A stretch of 64,000 nt of DNA from an uncultured Candidatus Saccharibacteria bacterium (GTDB taxonomy: Bacteria > Patescibacteriota > Minisyncoccia > Portnoybacterales > UBA2143): the NCBI GenBank assembly GCA_964594155.1, contig CAZQLH010000002.1, positions 44,324 to 108,323 on the forward strand. Direction: 5' to 3'. A program made the translations under genes and the position numbers. How positions within the stretch are numbered: the first letter of the stretch is position 1; each line of letters starts with the position of its first letter. The notes beneath the pieces were generated by a model. That model worked only from the letters and a program-made list of their open reading frames with translations. It was not told where the DNA came from and ran no database searches. Positions 28,798-39,629 of this stretch are shown piece after piece.

Positions 28798-31230
28798 CTA
28801 AATACACGCTACAGAAGCCACCTTGTCTCCTTTTTTCATCTGCATAATCTTAACGCCCTGAGTAGCTCTGCCTAAGCTTGAAATATCCTTGAGTTTGGTT
28901 TTAATTATTTGTCCTTTTTTAGAAATAGCAATTAGATTCTCTATTTCATTATTCAATATCTGGCTGGCAATGATATTCCCGGTCTTATCAGTAATTTTAG
29001 CTGTCTTGATTCCTATGCCGCCTCTTTTTTGCATCTTGTAATGTTTTAAATCAGTTCTTTTGCCATAACCATTTTCAGTTAAGACTAATATTTTTAAATT
29101 CTTCTTTTCTACTTCTTTCATAATTACTCCCATTCTAACTAGTTTATCGCCTTTTCTTAAATTAATTCCTTTAACTCCGGCAGCTGACCGTCCCATAGGC
29201 CTAACATCGCTTTCTTTGAATCTAATGCTCTGGCCATGGGAAGTTATTAAAATAATTTCATCCTGGCCAGAAGTAAGCTTAGCCCATTTTAATTTATCGT
29301 CTTTTTTGAGATTAATGGCTATTAGTCCGCTTCGGCGAACATTTGCAAAATCCTCTATTTTAGTTCTTTTAATTATACCATTTTTAGTTGTCATAACCAA
29401 ATACTTGGTCTGATTGTTTTTAGCAACATTAAGAATAGCAGTAATTTTTTCTTGAGGGCTTAATTGCAGAATATTGACAATTGCCTGTCCGCGCGCCACT
29501 CGACTAGCTTCAGGAAGCTCATAGGCCTTGGCTTGAAAAATACGCCCTTGATCAGTAAAAAACAAAACATCATCATGGGTTGAAGCCGGTAAAAAGTGGC
29601 CAACTGCGTCTTCTTCCCGCGGAGTAATGCCGATAATTCCTTTACCGCCTCTTTTTTGAGCCCGATAAGCTTGAGGATTAACTCTTTTAATATAGCCGCC
29701 CTGGGTTAAGATAATAACGCATCCTTGTTCAGGAATTAATTCTTCTTCGTTTAACTGACCTACTAAACGGCTAAAAACCTTGGTTCGCCGCTGGTCACCG
29801 TATTTTTTCTTTAATTCTTTAAGATCATTCTTAATCACTGTTAGAATCTTCTTTGGATCCCTGAGCAAAGCTTGTAATTCTTTAATCAGTTTTTTCTTTT
29901 CTTTTAATTCATCTTTGATTTTCTTTTGTTCTAATCCAGCTAAAGCCTGTAATCTCATCTCTAATATGGCTGTTGTCTGGCGATCGCTAAGCTTAAACTT
30001 TTTGATCAAGTTTTTATGAGCTTGTTCGCGGGTAGAAGATTTTTTAATTGTATTAATAACCGCGTCAATATGATCAAGCGCTTTGTTTAGCCCTTCTAAA
30101 ATATGGGCTCTTTCTTTAGCTTGCTTTAATTCAAACTTGGTTTTCCGAGTAACCACTTCCTGGCGATGTTTAATATATTCTTCTAAGAAACTGACTAAAG
30201 ATAAAACCTGCGGTTGAATGCCATTAACTAAAGCCAGCATATTCATATGAAAGCTTTTTTGCAGATCAGTTAGCTTAAAAAGCTGGTTAAGGACTTTCTT
30301 GGGATAAGCATCGTTCTTTAATTCAATAACAATCCTAACTCCGTCCCTGTCTGATTCATCGCGAAGATCTCTTATTCCTTGAATTTTTTTATCTTTAACA
30401 AAATCAGCTATTTTAGAAATCAAAGCTGCTTTGTTAACCCCATAAACCATTTCATTAACGATAATCTGGAATTTATTTGCTTTGGTTTCAACAATCTCTG
30501 TTTTAGCTCTTATTACAATCGGACCCTTGCCAGAACTATATGCTTGAATCATTCCCTTGCGGTCATAAATCTCTCCGCCAGTAGGAAAATCTGGCCCTTT
30601 GATAAATTGAAAAAGATCTTTTACTGTTGCTTTAGGATGGCTAATTAAATAAATAATCGCGTCAATTAATTCGCCTAAATTATGAGGCGGGATATTAGTG
30701 GCCATTCCCACAGCAATTCCAAAAGCGCCGTTCATAAGCAATTGAGGCAGCTTGCTTGGCAGAACAACTGGTTCTTGGCGAGTGCCGTCATAATTATCAA
30801 CCCAATTTACTGTTTCTTTTTCAATGTCAAAAAGCATTTCTTCAGCTATTTGCATTAAACGGGCTTCAGTATATCTATAAGCAGCTGCATTGTCTCCGTC
30901 CATTGAGCCAAAATTACCTTGTCCATCAATTAAAGGATATCTTAAAGAAAAATCTTGAGCCATTCTAACTAAAGAATCATAAACAGCTGTATCTCCATGC
31001 GGATGAAATTTCTTTAAAACATCGCCAACTACGCCAGCGCATTTTGAATACTTGTTGCTGTGCCGAAGACCAGCTTCCCACATAGCATATAAAATACGGC
31101 GATGGACTGGTTTTAGCCCATCACGAACATCTGGCAGAGCCCGAGCAATAATTACGCTCATAGCGTAATCTATGTAAGACTCTTTCATTTCTTTGGTAAT
31201 TGAACGTTTTTTAACCTGACCTATTTCCAT
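28798..31230 (-). CDS. gyrA: DNA gyrase subunit A
   Basis: [29 protein letters not shown] GyrA box. Confidence 0.98.
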   Translation of the reverse strand: MEIGQVKKRSITKEMKESYIDYAMSVIIARALPDVRDGLKPVHRRILYAMWEAGLRHSNKYSKCAGVVGDVLKKFHPHGDTAVYDSLVRMAQDFSLRYPLIDGQGNFGSMDGDNAAAYRYTEARLMQIAEEMLFDIEKETVNWVDNYDGTRQEPVVLPSKLPQLLMNGAFGIAVGMATNIPPHNLGELIDAIIYLISHPKATVKDLFQFIKGPDFPTGGEIYDRKGMIQAYSSGKGPIVIRAKTEIVETKANKFQIIVNEMVYGVNKAALISKIADFVKDKKIQGIRDLRDESDRDGVRIVIELKNDAYPKKVLNQLFKLTDLQKSFHMNMLALVNGIQPQVLSLVSFLEEYIKHRQEVVTRKTKFELKQAKERAHILEGLNKALDHIDAVINTIKKSSTREQAHKNLIKKFKLSDRQTTAILEMRLQALAGLEQKKIKDELKEKKKLIKELQALLRDPKKILTVIKNDLKELKKKYGDQRRTKVFSRLVGQLNEEELIPEQGCVIILTQGGYIKRVNPQAYRAQKRGGKGIIGITPREEDAVGHFLPASTHDDVLFFTDQGRIFQAKAYELPEASRVARGQAIVNILQLSPQEKITAILNVAKNNQTKYLVMTTKNGIIKRTKIEDFANVRRSGLIAINLKKDDKLKWAKLTSGQDEIILITSHGQSIRFKESDVRPMGRSAAGVKGINLRKGDKLVRMGVIMKEVEKKNLKILVLTENGYGKRTDLKHYKMQKRGGIGIKTAKITDKTGNIIASQILNNEIENLIAISKKGQIIKTKLKDISSLGRATQGVKIMQMKKGDKVASVACI

Positions 31231-31240
31231 ACAATTAGCT

Positions 31241-31603
31241 TTAATTGCTTAAAGGCAACTTAGCTGGTTTGATTGTTTCTGTCTCTTTTAAAATAATGTT
31301 TTCTGGTTGATTTGATTTAGCTGGGATTTTCAATTGTTCTAATTCCTGGTCTAATCCCTCTTCAAAAAAAACGCCAAAAATATCTTTAAGCGCCTCTTTT
31401 AAAGATGGGATTTCGATTTCTTTTTTAGCTCTGGCTAATGATTGATCAATCTCTCCGCTAATACTTGCTTTCTGGTTTTCAAAAGAGGTCACCCACAGAG
31501 AAACAATAATTAGCATGGAAATAAAAACAGAGAGCCATAAAATCTGGACGCGGACATGACGGGGTTTTTGTTGGATTTTTTCTATAAAATCAATTAAAGA
31601 CAT
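31241..31603 (-). CDS. Hypothetical single-TM protein
   Basis: ORF in an operon between the MBL gene and gyrA. Confidence 0.65.
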   Translation of the reverse strand: MSLIDFIEKIQQKPRHVRVQILWLSVFISMLIIVSLWVTSFENQKASISGEIDQSLARAKKEIEIPSLKEALKDIFGVFFEEGLDQELEQLKIPAKSNQPENIILKETETIKPAKLPLSN

Positions 31604-31607
31604 TTTA

Positions 31608-32252
31608 TTATAGTTTAAATATTACTACTTCCATTTCTTTATTAACCAAATCATTCTTTTTAATGGTTAATTTATCAACTGGCGCTTTGCCATTCAATCC
31701 CATTTCTTTTAAAAAATCCTTAACATCAGCTAAGTTAATTTTCAATCCAGGCAGATTATAATGCATTGGAATTATTATATTTGGCTCAAGCTGTTTAACT
31801 ATTTTAAATGCTTTCCGAGCTCCAATAGTATAAGTTCCGCCAACTGGAATCATTAAAATATCCACTTGGCCAATTGTTTCTAATTGCTTGTCAGTTAATT
31901 TTTCCTGCCCAAAGTCGCCTAAGTGGCAAACTCTAATTTTATCCATTTTTATTAAATAAATAATATTGATTCCCCTGTCTTCCCCTTTTTTTTCATCATG
32001 AAAACTAGAACAGCCATTAATGCTAATTCCCTTGACTTCATATTCGCCAGGGCCATTAATCACAAAAGGTTCGCCAGTAACTGTTTTAATATTATTATGA
32101 TCATCGTGATCATGAGAAACAACTACAATATCAGCGCTAACTCTTGGTGGATTTAAGCCAATTTTTTTATCAAAAGGGTCTGTAATAATAGTTAAGTGGC
32201 CACCCTGATTAGAAATTCTAAAACAAGAATGACCATACCAAGATATTGTCAT
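31608..32252 (-). CDS. MBL-fold metallo-hydrolase
   Basis: WYGHSCF, SHDHDDH, HLGD, IPMHY. Confidence 0.9.
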   Translation of the reverse strand: MTISWYGHSCFRISNQGGHLTIITDPFDKKIGLNPPRVSADIVVVSHDHDDHNNIKTVTGEPFVINGPGEYEVKGISINGCSSFHDEKKGEDRGINIIYLIKMDKIRVCHLGDFGQEKLTDKQLETIGQVDILMIPVGGTYTIGARKAFKIVKQLEPNIIIPMHYNLPGLKINLADVKDFLKEMGLNGKAPVDKLTIKKNDLVNKEMEVVIFKL

Positions 32253-32318
32253 ATAATTCTATTTTATCACATCTTTCCCCTCTTGCCAAGTTTAAAATCT
32301 TCAGTTATACTGTGTTCT

Positions 32319-33374
32319 ATGACTGCTAAAAAAGAAACAAAATCAAACGCTCCTCTTTTACCTCAGGTTGGAGATATTATTAAAGGACGGATTATTAAAA
32401 TAAGCAAAAACGAACTTATTTTAGAATTAGGCCCTATAGGAACAGGCATTATTTACGGCGCTGAATTAAGAGAAAACAAAGATATGATCAAGGATTTAAA
32501 AATCAAAGATACAATTTCTGCTTTGGTTTTAGATCAAGAAAATGAAGACGGATATACCGAACTTTCTCTTAAAGAAGCTAATTTAGAAAAATCCTGGACT
32601 GATCTTAGAGATAAAAAAGAAAAAAATCAACCAGTGATTGTTAAAGTGATTGAAGCTAATCGAGGAGGTTTAGTTATCAGATTATCAAGTATTATTGGTT
32701 TCCTTCCTGTGTCTCAATTGTCTTCACAGAATTATCCTCGGGTAGAAGGCGGAGATAAAAACAAAATCCTCAAACATCTCAGTAATTTCATTGGTAAAGA
32801 AATGGAAGTTAAGATTATCAGCTTAGATAAAAAAACAGAAAAATTAGTTGTTTCTGAAAAAGCCCTTCAAGAAAAAGAAATGGAAGAAAGTTTAAAAAAC
32901 TACAAAAAAGGAGATATTGTCAAGGGAACAGTCACTGCATTAACTAACTTTGGCGCTTTTATCAAGTTTAATGACAATTTAGAAGGATTAGTCCATATTT
33001 CTGAACTGGACTGGAAAATTATTGATCATCCCAGTCAAATTCTTAAAGAAAACGAAAAAGTCAAAACTCAAATTATTGATATTCAAAATGGACAGGTATC
33101 TCTTTCTTTGCGAGCCCTTAAAAAAGATCCTTGGGAAAATATTGAAAAAAAGTATAAAAATGAACAAATAGTTAAAGGAAAAGTGATTAAATTTAGTTCT
33201 TCAGGCGCTTTTGTTGAAATAGATAAAGGAATCAATGGTTTAGTTCATTCTTCAGAATTTTCTAAACAAAACAAACAAATGGAAGATATTCTAAAGATAA
33301 ACAAATCATATGATTTTAAAATTCTATCATTAATTCCTTCATTGCACAAAATGTCTTTAGGGTTAAATAACTGA
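32319..33374 (+). CDS. rpsA: 30S ribosomal protein S1 (four S1 domains)
   Basis: NRGGL...GFLPVSQL, FGAF...EGLVHISEL; start moved to ATG 32319. Confidence 0.9.
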   Translation: MTAKKETKSNAPLLPQVGDIIKGRIIKISKNELILELGPIGTGIIYGAELRENKDMIKDLKIKDTISALVLDQENEDGYTELSLKEANLEKSWTDLRDKKEKNQPVIVKVIEANRGGLVIRLSSIIGFLPVSQLSSQNYPRVEGGDKNKILKHLSNFIGKEMEVKIISLDKKTEKLVVSEKALQEKEMEESLKNYKKGDIVKGTVTALTNFGAFIKFNDNLEGLVHISELDWKIIDHPSQILKENEKVKTQIIDIQNGQVSLSLRALKKDPWENIEKKYKNEQIVKGKVIKFSSSGAFVEIDKGINGLVHSSEFSKQNKQMEDILKINKSYDFKILSLIPSLHKMSLGLNN

Positions 33375-33385
33375 TTAAATAACTA

Positions 33386-35209
33386 ATGAAATATCTACTT
33401 AAAAACTTGCTTATTGTTTTTCTGGTTTTTTTAAGTATTGCCGGTTTTTTTGCTTTGCTTAATGACCCAACTGAAAAATCAAAAGAAATATCTTTAAATC
33501 AATTGGTTGAACAAATCAATCAGGAAAAAGTATCAAACATAGTTATTCAAGACAATAAACTGCAAATTGAATTAAAAGACGGCGCTAAAGAAATAGCTAT
33601 CAAAGAAAAGGAAACTTCTTTGACTGAATCACTGAAAAATTACAATCTTGATCCAGAAAAGCTTAAAATGGTTAACTTGGAAATAAAAAAGGAAAGCGAA
33701 TTGGTTTTCTGGCTAGGAACTGTTCTGCCTTTTCTTTTTCCTTTAATCATTATTGGTTTTTTCTTCTGGTTTATGTTTCGCGGAGCTCAACAAGGACAAA
33801 TGAAAGCCTTTACTTTTGGCCGTTCTAGAGCTCGCTTGGTTGATCCTAAGGATAAGAAAAACAAAGTTACTTTTAAGGATGTGGCTGGCTTAAAAGAAGC
33901 CAAGGAAGAGCTTTTTGAAATAGTTGATTTCTTAAAAAACCCAAAGAAATTTATTAACCTGGGAGCTAAAATCCCTAAGGGCGTTTTATTAGTTGGCGCG
34001 CCTGGAACAGGCAAAACTCTTTTAGCCAGAGCTATTGCTTCTGAAGCTAATGTTCCTTTTTTTAGCGTTTCTGGTTCAGAATTCGTAGAAATGTTTGTAG
34101 GAGTTGGAAGCTCTAGAACAAGAGATCTTTTTCAAACCGCTAAAAAGCATGCTCCAGCTTTAATCTTTATTGATGAATTGGACGCTATTGGCCGCCAGCG
34201 AGGAGCTGGTTTAGGCGGCGGGCATGATGAAAGAGAACAAACTCTTAATCAGATCTTAGTGGAAATGGACGGCTTTGATCCAAATACTGGAATTATTCTT
34301 TTAGCAGCTACTAACCGGCCTGATGTTCTTGATCCAGCTTTATTAAGACCAGGGCGTTTTGACAGAAAAGTTACTTTAGATTTGCCTGATTTAAAAGATC
34401 GTAAAGAAATTTTAAAAATTCATGCTAAAGGCAAGCCATTAGGAAGTAATGTTAATTTCCAGGAAATCGCTGAAAGAACACCTGGTTTTTCTGGCGCTGA
34501 TCTAGCTAATCTAGTTAATGAAGCAGCTATTTTAACTGCTCGCAGAAATAAGCAAAAAGTAAGCCAAGATGAATTAAGAGAATGCATTGAAAAAGTTCTT
34601 TTAGGCCCAGAAAGAAAAAGCCATATCTTATCTAAAAAAGAAAAAGAAATTGCTGCTTTTCATGAAGCAGGACATGCTTTAACAGCTGCTTCATTGCCTA
34701 ATGTTGATCCAGTTCAAAAAATCTCCATTATTTCCCGCGGGATGGCTGCTGGTTATACTCTTAAGCTTCCTACTGAAGATAAGCACTTTCACAGCCGCTC
34801 TGAATTCATAGATGAATTAGTTGTTCTTTTAGGCGGCTATACAGCTGAAAAAATAGTTTTTAATGAATTAACTACTGGCGCTTCCAGTGATCTGCAAAAA
34901 GCTACTCATCTAGCTCACACATTAATTACTAAATACGGAATGAGTGAAAAATTAGGCCCAAGAACTTTTGGCAGAAAAGAAGAAATGGTTTTCTTAGGCA
35001 AAGAAATTACTACTGAAAAAAATTATTCTGAAGAAATAGCTGCTAAAATTGACAAGGAAGTGACTAAATTAACTAATACTGCCTTTAAAACTGCTAAAAC
35101 TATTCTTAATAAAAAAAGAAAGAAATTAGATCAAATTGCCCAAGTATTAATTAAAAAAGAAACTATTGAAAGAAAACAATTTGAAAGGTTGATGAAAAAG
35201 AAAATTTAG
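33386..35209 (+). CDS. ftsH: ATP-dependent zinc metalloprotease FtsH
   Basis: Two TM helices, [23 protein letters not shown]. Confidence 0.98.
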   Translation: MKYLLKNLLIVFLVFLSIAGFFALLNDPTEKSKEISLNQLVEQINQEKVSNIVIQDNKLQIELKDGAKEIAIKEKETSLTESLKNYNLDPEKLKMVNLEIKKESELVFWLGTVLPFLFPLIIIGFFFWFMFRGAQQGQMKAFTFGRSRARLVDPKDKKNKVTFKDVAGLKEAKEELFEIVDFLKNPKKFINLGAKIPKGVLLVGAPGTGKTLLARAIASEANVPFFSVSGSEFVEMFVGVGSSRTRDLFQTAKKHAPALIFIDELDAIGRQRGAGLGGGHDEREQTLNQILVEMDGFDPNTGIILLAATNRPDVLDPALLRPGRFDRKVTLDLPDLKDRKEILKIHAKGKPLGSNVNFQEIAERTPGFSGADLANLVNEAAILTARRNKQKVSQDELRECIEKVLLGPERKSHILSKKEKEIAAFHEAGHALTAASLPNVDPVQKISIISRGMAAGYTLKLPTEDKHFHSRSEFIDELVVLLGGYTAEKIVFNELTTGASSDLQKATHLAHTLITKYGMSEKLGPRTFGRKEEMVFLGKEITTEKNYSEEIAAKIDKEVTKLTNTAFKTAKTILNKKRKKLDQIAQVLIKKETIERKQFERLMKKKI

Positions 35210-35250
35210 GGTATAATAAACAATCCGCCTACGCCCTATGGGCTTCGGCG

Positions 35251-35299
35251 GGACGCTAAATTTATTATCAAAATTAAAATTTTGAATAAATTTGCGGGC
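35251..35299 (+). repeat. 49-bp direct repeat copy 1 (palindromic tRNA leader)
   Basis: GGACGCTAAATTTATTATCAAAATTAAAATTTTGAATAAATTTGCGGGC, identical to 36890-36938. Confidence 0.9.
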
Positions 35300-35368
35300 G
35301 CGTAGCTCAGTGGCAGTAGCACCTAGCTTATATCTAGGCGGTCGGGGGTTCGAATCCCTTCGCGCCCA
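35296..35368 (+). tRNA. tRNA-Ile(TAT)
   Basis: GGGCGCG/CGCGCCC, CCTAG-CTTATAT-CTAGG, discriminator A. Confidence 0.88.
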
Positions 35369-35516
35369 CCTTTCGACTCCGTTCGTCGCTTATACGACTC
35401 ACTTCGCTCAGGGTGTTCCACCTGCTTTTAGTCTCAAAATCTTTTAAAAGAAAAGGAGACGAAGGCCCTGAGTGGAGCGAACCCCGAGTTAATCGAGGGG
35501 GAGCGAAATCGAAGGG
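35369..35516. repeat. Inverted pair of CCYTTCGA...GCTCAGGG REP-like elements
   Basis: CCTTTCGAC..CTTCGCTCAGGG (35369-35413) versus CCCTGAGTGGAG..TCGAAGGG (35466-35516). Confidence 0.75.
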
Positions 35517-35528
35517 AATAAAAACACA

Positions 35529-35789
35529 ATGCAATATTTCATTTATTTAGCACGATGTAGTGACAAATCACTATACATAGGATCATGCACAGACATTAAA
35601 TCAAGAGAGATAAAACACAATAAAGGAGACGGAGCTCAATATACTAGACAAAGACGTCCAATAAAAATTATCTATTTTGAAGAATACAATACACTAATTA
35701 AAGCTAGAAGAAGAGAAGCGCAGATTAAAAGATGGACAAGAATTAAAAAAGAAAATTTGATAAAATATGGTCACCCGACCAAATTTTAA
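35529..35789 (+). CDS. Small GIY-YIG nuclease
   Basis: FIYLARCSDKSLYIG, R..KHN.G.GA.YT..RRP, RREAQIK. Confidence 0.92.
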   Translation: MQYFIYLARCSDKSLYIGSCTDIKSREIKHNKGDGAQYTRQRRPIKIIYFEEYNTLIKARRREAQIKRWTRIKKENLIKYGHPTKF

Positions 35790-35799
35790 TAAAATTCAA

Positions 35800-35873
35800 G
35801 GGCGATTGGCGCAGTCGGTTAGCGCGCGTCGTTGACATCGACGAGGTCACTGGTTCGAATCCAGTATCGCCCA
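35800..35873 (+). tRNA. tRNA-Val(GAC)
   Basis: GGGCGAT/ATCGCCC, CGTCG-TTGACAT-CGACG. Confidence 0.95.
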
Positions 35874-35920
35874 CTAAGATTATATCGTAAGATATATTTT
35901 TTATATATCTCAATACACAT

Positions 35921-36772
35921 ATGAAAAAACAAAAAATTGGTTTTATAGGCCAAGGATGGATCGGCAAAAACTACGCTGATAATTTCAAGAATAGAGGTTA
36001 TCAGGTTGTAAGGTATGCCAAAGAGCCAAAGTATGTAAAGAATAAGAATAAAATTAAGGATTGCGATATTGTTTTCGTAGCTGTGCCTACTCCAACTTGC
36101 GAAAACAAATTTGACGTCTCTATCCTAGAACAAGCATTATCTGTGGTCGGAGAAAGTAAAATAGCAATTATTAAATCTACTGTAATCCCAGGTACTACAA
36201 AAAAACTACAAAAGAAATATCCTAAAAAGATAATTCTGCATTCTCCTGAATTCTTAACTGAAGCTACTGCCCGCTATGACGCTGATCATCCTAAAAGAAA
36301 CATTATTGGATATGTTAATGAAAAAGGCAGAATAGCAGCTAACAAAGTAATGAAGGTTTTGCCAGAAGCTCCTTACAAATCAATTTTGCCAGTCAAAACA
36401 GCTGAATTAGTAAAATATGCTGGAAATTGCTGGTTTTATCTCAAAGTTATTTATATCAATCTTATCTATGACTTAGCTGAAAAAATGGATGTTGACTACG
36501 AAACAGTAAAGGAAGCTATAAGCTATGATCCAAGAATAGGTTTTACTCATTTGGATCCTATTCATAAATCAGGCAGAGGCGCAGGCGGTAATTGCTTTAT
36601 TAAAGATTTCGCTGCTTTTGCCCAAATGTACAAAAAACTAAATCCAAAAGATAAAAAAGGAAATAACTTTCTTAAAAAAGCTCAAGAAAAAAACATAGAA
36701 TTATTGCTTCAGTCTAAAAAAGATTTAGAATTACTGAAAGGAGTTTACGGAAAAGACGTTATGAAGAAATAA
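35921..36772 (+). CDS. UDP-glucose/GDP-mannose dehydrogenase family protein (short form)
   Basis: GQGWIG, AVPTP, KSTVIPGTT, SPEFL, GAGGNCFIKD. Confidence 0.85.
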   Translation: MKKQKIGFIGQGWIGKNYADNFKNRGYQVVRYAKEPKYVKNKNKIKDCDIVFVAVPTPTCENKFDVSILEQALSVVGESKIAIIKSTVIPGTTKKLQKKYPKKIILHSPEFLTEATARYDADHPKRNIIGYVNEKGRIAANKVMKVLPEAPYKSILPVKTAELVKYAGNCWFYLKVIYINLIYDLAEKMDVDYETVKEAISYDPRIGFTHLDPIHKSGRGAGGNCFIKDFAAFAQMYKKLNPKDKKGNNFLKKAQEKNIELLLQSKKDLELLKGVYGKDVMKK

Positions 36773-36889
36773 AAATAGCATGGAAAACTAAAAACCGCTT
36801 GTTTAGGCGTTTTTTAGTACTTGCTTTTTACCTAAAATCCTGTTACTTTGTAACTAGCCTGTCATAGGTGGACGTTGTCCGCCAGAGGC

Positions 36890-36938
36890 GGACGCTAAAT
36901 TTATTATCAAAATTAAAATTTTGAATAAATTTGCGGGC
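36890..36938 (+). repeat. 49-bp direct repeat copy 2
   Basis: Identical to 35251-35299. Confidence 0.9.
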
Positions 36939-37009
36939 CAGTAGCTCAGTGGTAGAGCATCTGTTTTGCAATCAGAAGGTCAAGGGTTCAATTCCCTTCT
37001 GGTCCACCA
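36935..37009 (+). tRNA. tRNA-Ala(TGC)
   Basis: GGGCCAG/CTGGTCC with G3-U70, loop TTTGCAA, CCA. Confidence 0.92.
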
Positions 37010-37014
37010 TAAAT

Positions 37015-37740
37015 ATGCTTAAAATTGTTTTTGAAAATCAAGATATCCTTATTATCAACAAGCCAGCCGGATTAACAGTTCATCCAATTAAACCAGAACA
37101 AGATAATACATTAGTTAATCAATTGCTCGCCTATTATCCAGAAATTAAAAATGTTGGAGACCCTTCAACAAGTTCAGGGCAAGTAAATTTACGGCCAGGC
37201 ATTGTTCATCGCTTAGACAAAGATACTTCTGGATTAATGATGATAGCGAAGAATAATAAGGCGTTTGAATACTTAAAAAATTTATTTAAAAATAAAAAAA
37301 TTGTTAAAAAATATTTAGCTTTAGTTCATGGAAAAGTAAAAGATAAAAAAGGAACTATTGCCAAATCAATCAGCTTATCTAAAAAAGACCATCTTAAAAG
37401 AAGCGCCTTATTAGATGAAAAATCAAAACCAGCTTGGACAGAATATCAGGTTAAAAAATATTTTGATAATTACACTCTTTTAAAAGTTTATCCTAAAACA
37501 GGCCGAACCCATCAAATTAGAATTCACTTAGCTTCAATTGGGCATCCAATTACTGGAGACAAACAATACAAATTTAAAAGGCAAATTAATCCAAAAAATC
37601 TAAACAGGCAATTTCTTCATGCTTCTTACTTGAAATTCAAACTTCCTAATGGTAAGATGGCAGAATTCAAATCAAAGCTTCCTCAAGATTTAGAGGAAGT
37701 TTTACAAGGTATTAACCATTATGAGCAACAAACTAGATAA
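37015..37740 (+). CDS. RluA-family pseudouridine synthase
   Basis: [24 protein letters not shown]; start corrected to ATG 37015. Confidence 0.93.
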   Translation: MLKIVFENQDILIINKPAGLTVHPIKPEQDNTLVNQLLAYYPEIKNVGDPSTSSGQVNLRPGIVHRLDKDTSGLMMIAKNNKAFEYLKNLFKNKKIVKKYLALVHGKVKDKKGTIAKSISLSKKDHLKRSALLDEKSKPAWTEYQVKKYFDNYTLLKVYPKTGRTHQIRIHLASIGHPITGDKQYKFKRQINPKNLNRQFLHASYLKFKLPNGKMAEFKSKLPQDLEEVLQGINHYEQQTR

Positions 37741-38089
37741 ATTTAATAAAAAGCAATTAAAAAAAGACCTTCCTGATATTAGAACTGGTTATACAGTCAA
37801 AGTTCATCAAAAGATTAAAGAAGGCGACAAGCAAAGAATCCAGGTCTTTGAAGGCTTAGTTATTGCTAAAAAACACGGTAATGGAATTAACGCTACTATT
37901 ACTGTTCGGAGAGTAAGCCAAGGATTTGGCGTAGAAAGAATATTTCCTATTCATGCTCCATTTATTGAAAAAATAGAAGTGGTTAAAAAACACAAAGTTA
38001 GAAGAGCTAAACTTTATTATATTAGAGATAAATCAGCTAAAGAATCTAGACTTAAAGAAATCAAGGAACCAAATAAAAAGAAGAAGTAG
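37721..38089 (+). CDS. rplS: 50S ribosomal protein L19
   Basis: [26 protein letters not shown]. Confidence 0.97.
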   Translation: MSNKLDKFNKKQLKKDLPDIRTGYTVKVHQKIKEGDKQRIQVFEGLVIAKKHGNGINATITVRRVSQGFGVERIFPIHAPFIEKIEVVKKHKVRRAKLYYIRDKSAKESRLKEIKEPNKKKK

Positions 38090-38097
38090 CCAAAATA

Positions 38098-38180
38098 GCC
38101 CAGGTGGTGGAACGGTTTACACAACAGGTTGAGGGCCTGTGCTCCTCGTGAGCGTGCGGGTTCGAATCCCGCCCTGGGCA
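38098..38180 (+). tRNA. tRNA-Leu(GAG)
   Basis: GCCCAGG/CCTGGGC, ACAGG-TTGAGGG-CCTGT. Confidence 0.93.
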
Positions 38181-38231
38181 CAAAATAAAATCGCCAATCT
38201 TTTGGCGTTTTTATTATCCCCCAAACACTCA

Positions 38232-39428
38232 TCATCTGCTAAACCTTATTTCCCCCTTTTCAAGCAGATTAAAAACAATACTGACTAAAGCAGCTAAGGC
38301 AAAAACCCATTGAATAGCAAAAGACAATGAAACAATAATAATTAAAACAGCCATTATTAACCTGCCAGACTGAAGCGCCATTTCCCTTAAAACAGTAAAT
38401 TCATCAACATAATGCCCTTGATCTGCAGCTATTTCATAAGTCAAAGCGTCAAAAGGCGTTCGCAGTAAAATATCAGTTACGCTATGATAAGCTCCAGCAA
38501 TAAAAATCTGAAAAGCGGTTGAAACAAAGATTTTAATTACCCATCCTGAAGAATAAAGCAAGGTTCCCCATTTCAAAGCTTTTTTCTTAGAAATTTTCAC
38601 ATCAATTAACTTCCCTATAACCAACTGCAAACTAACTGTAAAGCCAATGATTAAAGTAGAAATAGCTCCTACTTGAAAATAGTTTCCCTTTAAAACTTGA
38701 AAGATGAAAATTGGCCAAACAACCAAACCAACCATATTTTCTGCTCCGTCAGCCATATACACTAAAACCATTTTTCTTCTTTCTTTTGAAAAAAATTCCT
38801 GCCAGGTTTTTTTTAAGCTCCAGCTAAACTTTTCCTTGGTTCGCGGAAGAGTTAAATAAGGAATGCCAGATACTAGCCAAAGAATAATTGCAATTACAAA
38901 AAGAACATCAAAGCCAAAGCGAACGATAATAAAGCCGGAGATTATTGGAATAAATACTCCTAATATCATGCGAGTGGCGCTTAACATGCTAACCTGCCTG
39001 GCCCGAGTTTTCTTATTAGTAAATTTAGCAAAATCAACGTGAAAAGGAAGCCAATGGAATAAGCGGAAAAAAACAAGAGTAAAAATAGAAAGAGGAATTA
39101 AATAAACTAAATTATCTTTATTTATAAAATAAAAGATTGTATAAAAAAGAGCTGCTAAAATAACACTGACTTGTAATGCCCTTCTAAAACCAAATTTATT
39201 TAAAAATCTTGATCCAAAAGAAATAGTTATTCCAAAAAGAGAAAATCCTGCTGCATAATATATAACTACTGCCTGAAAATTCTGATTAAAAAGATTATAT
39301 AAAAAAATTGGGAGGAATAATCCCAAAAGAGCTGCCGAAATTAATGAAATTGTCCTACCAGTGTATAAAGAGACAAAACCGCGAGACAATGGAATATCAA
39401 AATATTTTCTTTCAAGTTTTTCTAACAT
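38232..39428 (-). CDS. MFS transporter
   Basis: About 12 TM helices; GSRFLNKFGFRR motif-A-like segment. Confidence 0.82.
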   Translation of the reverse strand: MLEKLERKYFDIPLSRGFVSLYTGRTISLISAALLGLFLPIFLYNLFNQNFQAVVIYYAAGFSLFGITISFGSRFLNKFGFRRALQVSVILAALFYTIFYFINKDNLVYLIPLSIFTLVFFRLFHWLPFHVDFAKFTNKKTRARQVSMLSATRMILGVFIPIISGFIIVRFGFDVLFVIAIILWLVSGIPYLTLPRTKEKFSWSLKKTWQEFFSKERRKMVLVYMADGAENMVGLVVWPIFIFQVLKGNYFQVGAISTLIIGFTVSLQLVIGKLIDVKISKKKALKWGTLLYSSGWVIKIFVSTAFQIFIAGAYHSVTDILLRTPFDALTYEIAADQGHYVDEFTVLREMALQSGRLIMAVLIIIVSLSFAIQWVFALAALVSIVFNLLEKGEIRFSR

Positions 39429-39491
39429 AGATACATTGTATCATAGATCTGGATTTTTTTGAAAGTTTCTGTTAAAATACTTCAGTAATAA

Positions 39492-39568
39492 GGGCGGTTA
39501 ACTCAGCTGGCTAGAGTGTCTCGTTTACACCGAGGAAGTCGCAGGTTCGAGTCCTGCACCGCCCACCA
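39492..39568 (+). tRNA. tRNA-Val(TAC)
   Basis: GGGCGGT/ACCGCCC, loop TTTACAC, CCA. Confidence 0.95.
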
Positions 39569-39629
39569 ATAAACAAACCCATCTATAATAGATGGATTTG
39601 TTTATTTTAGAACAAGTTTTTAAAAAAAG

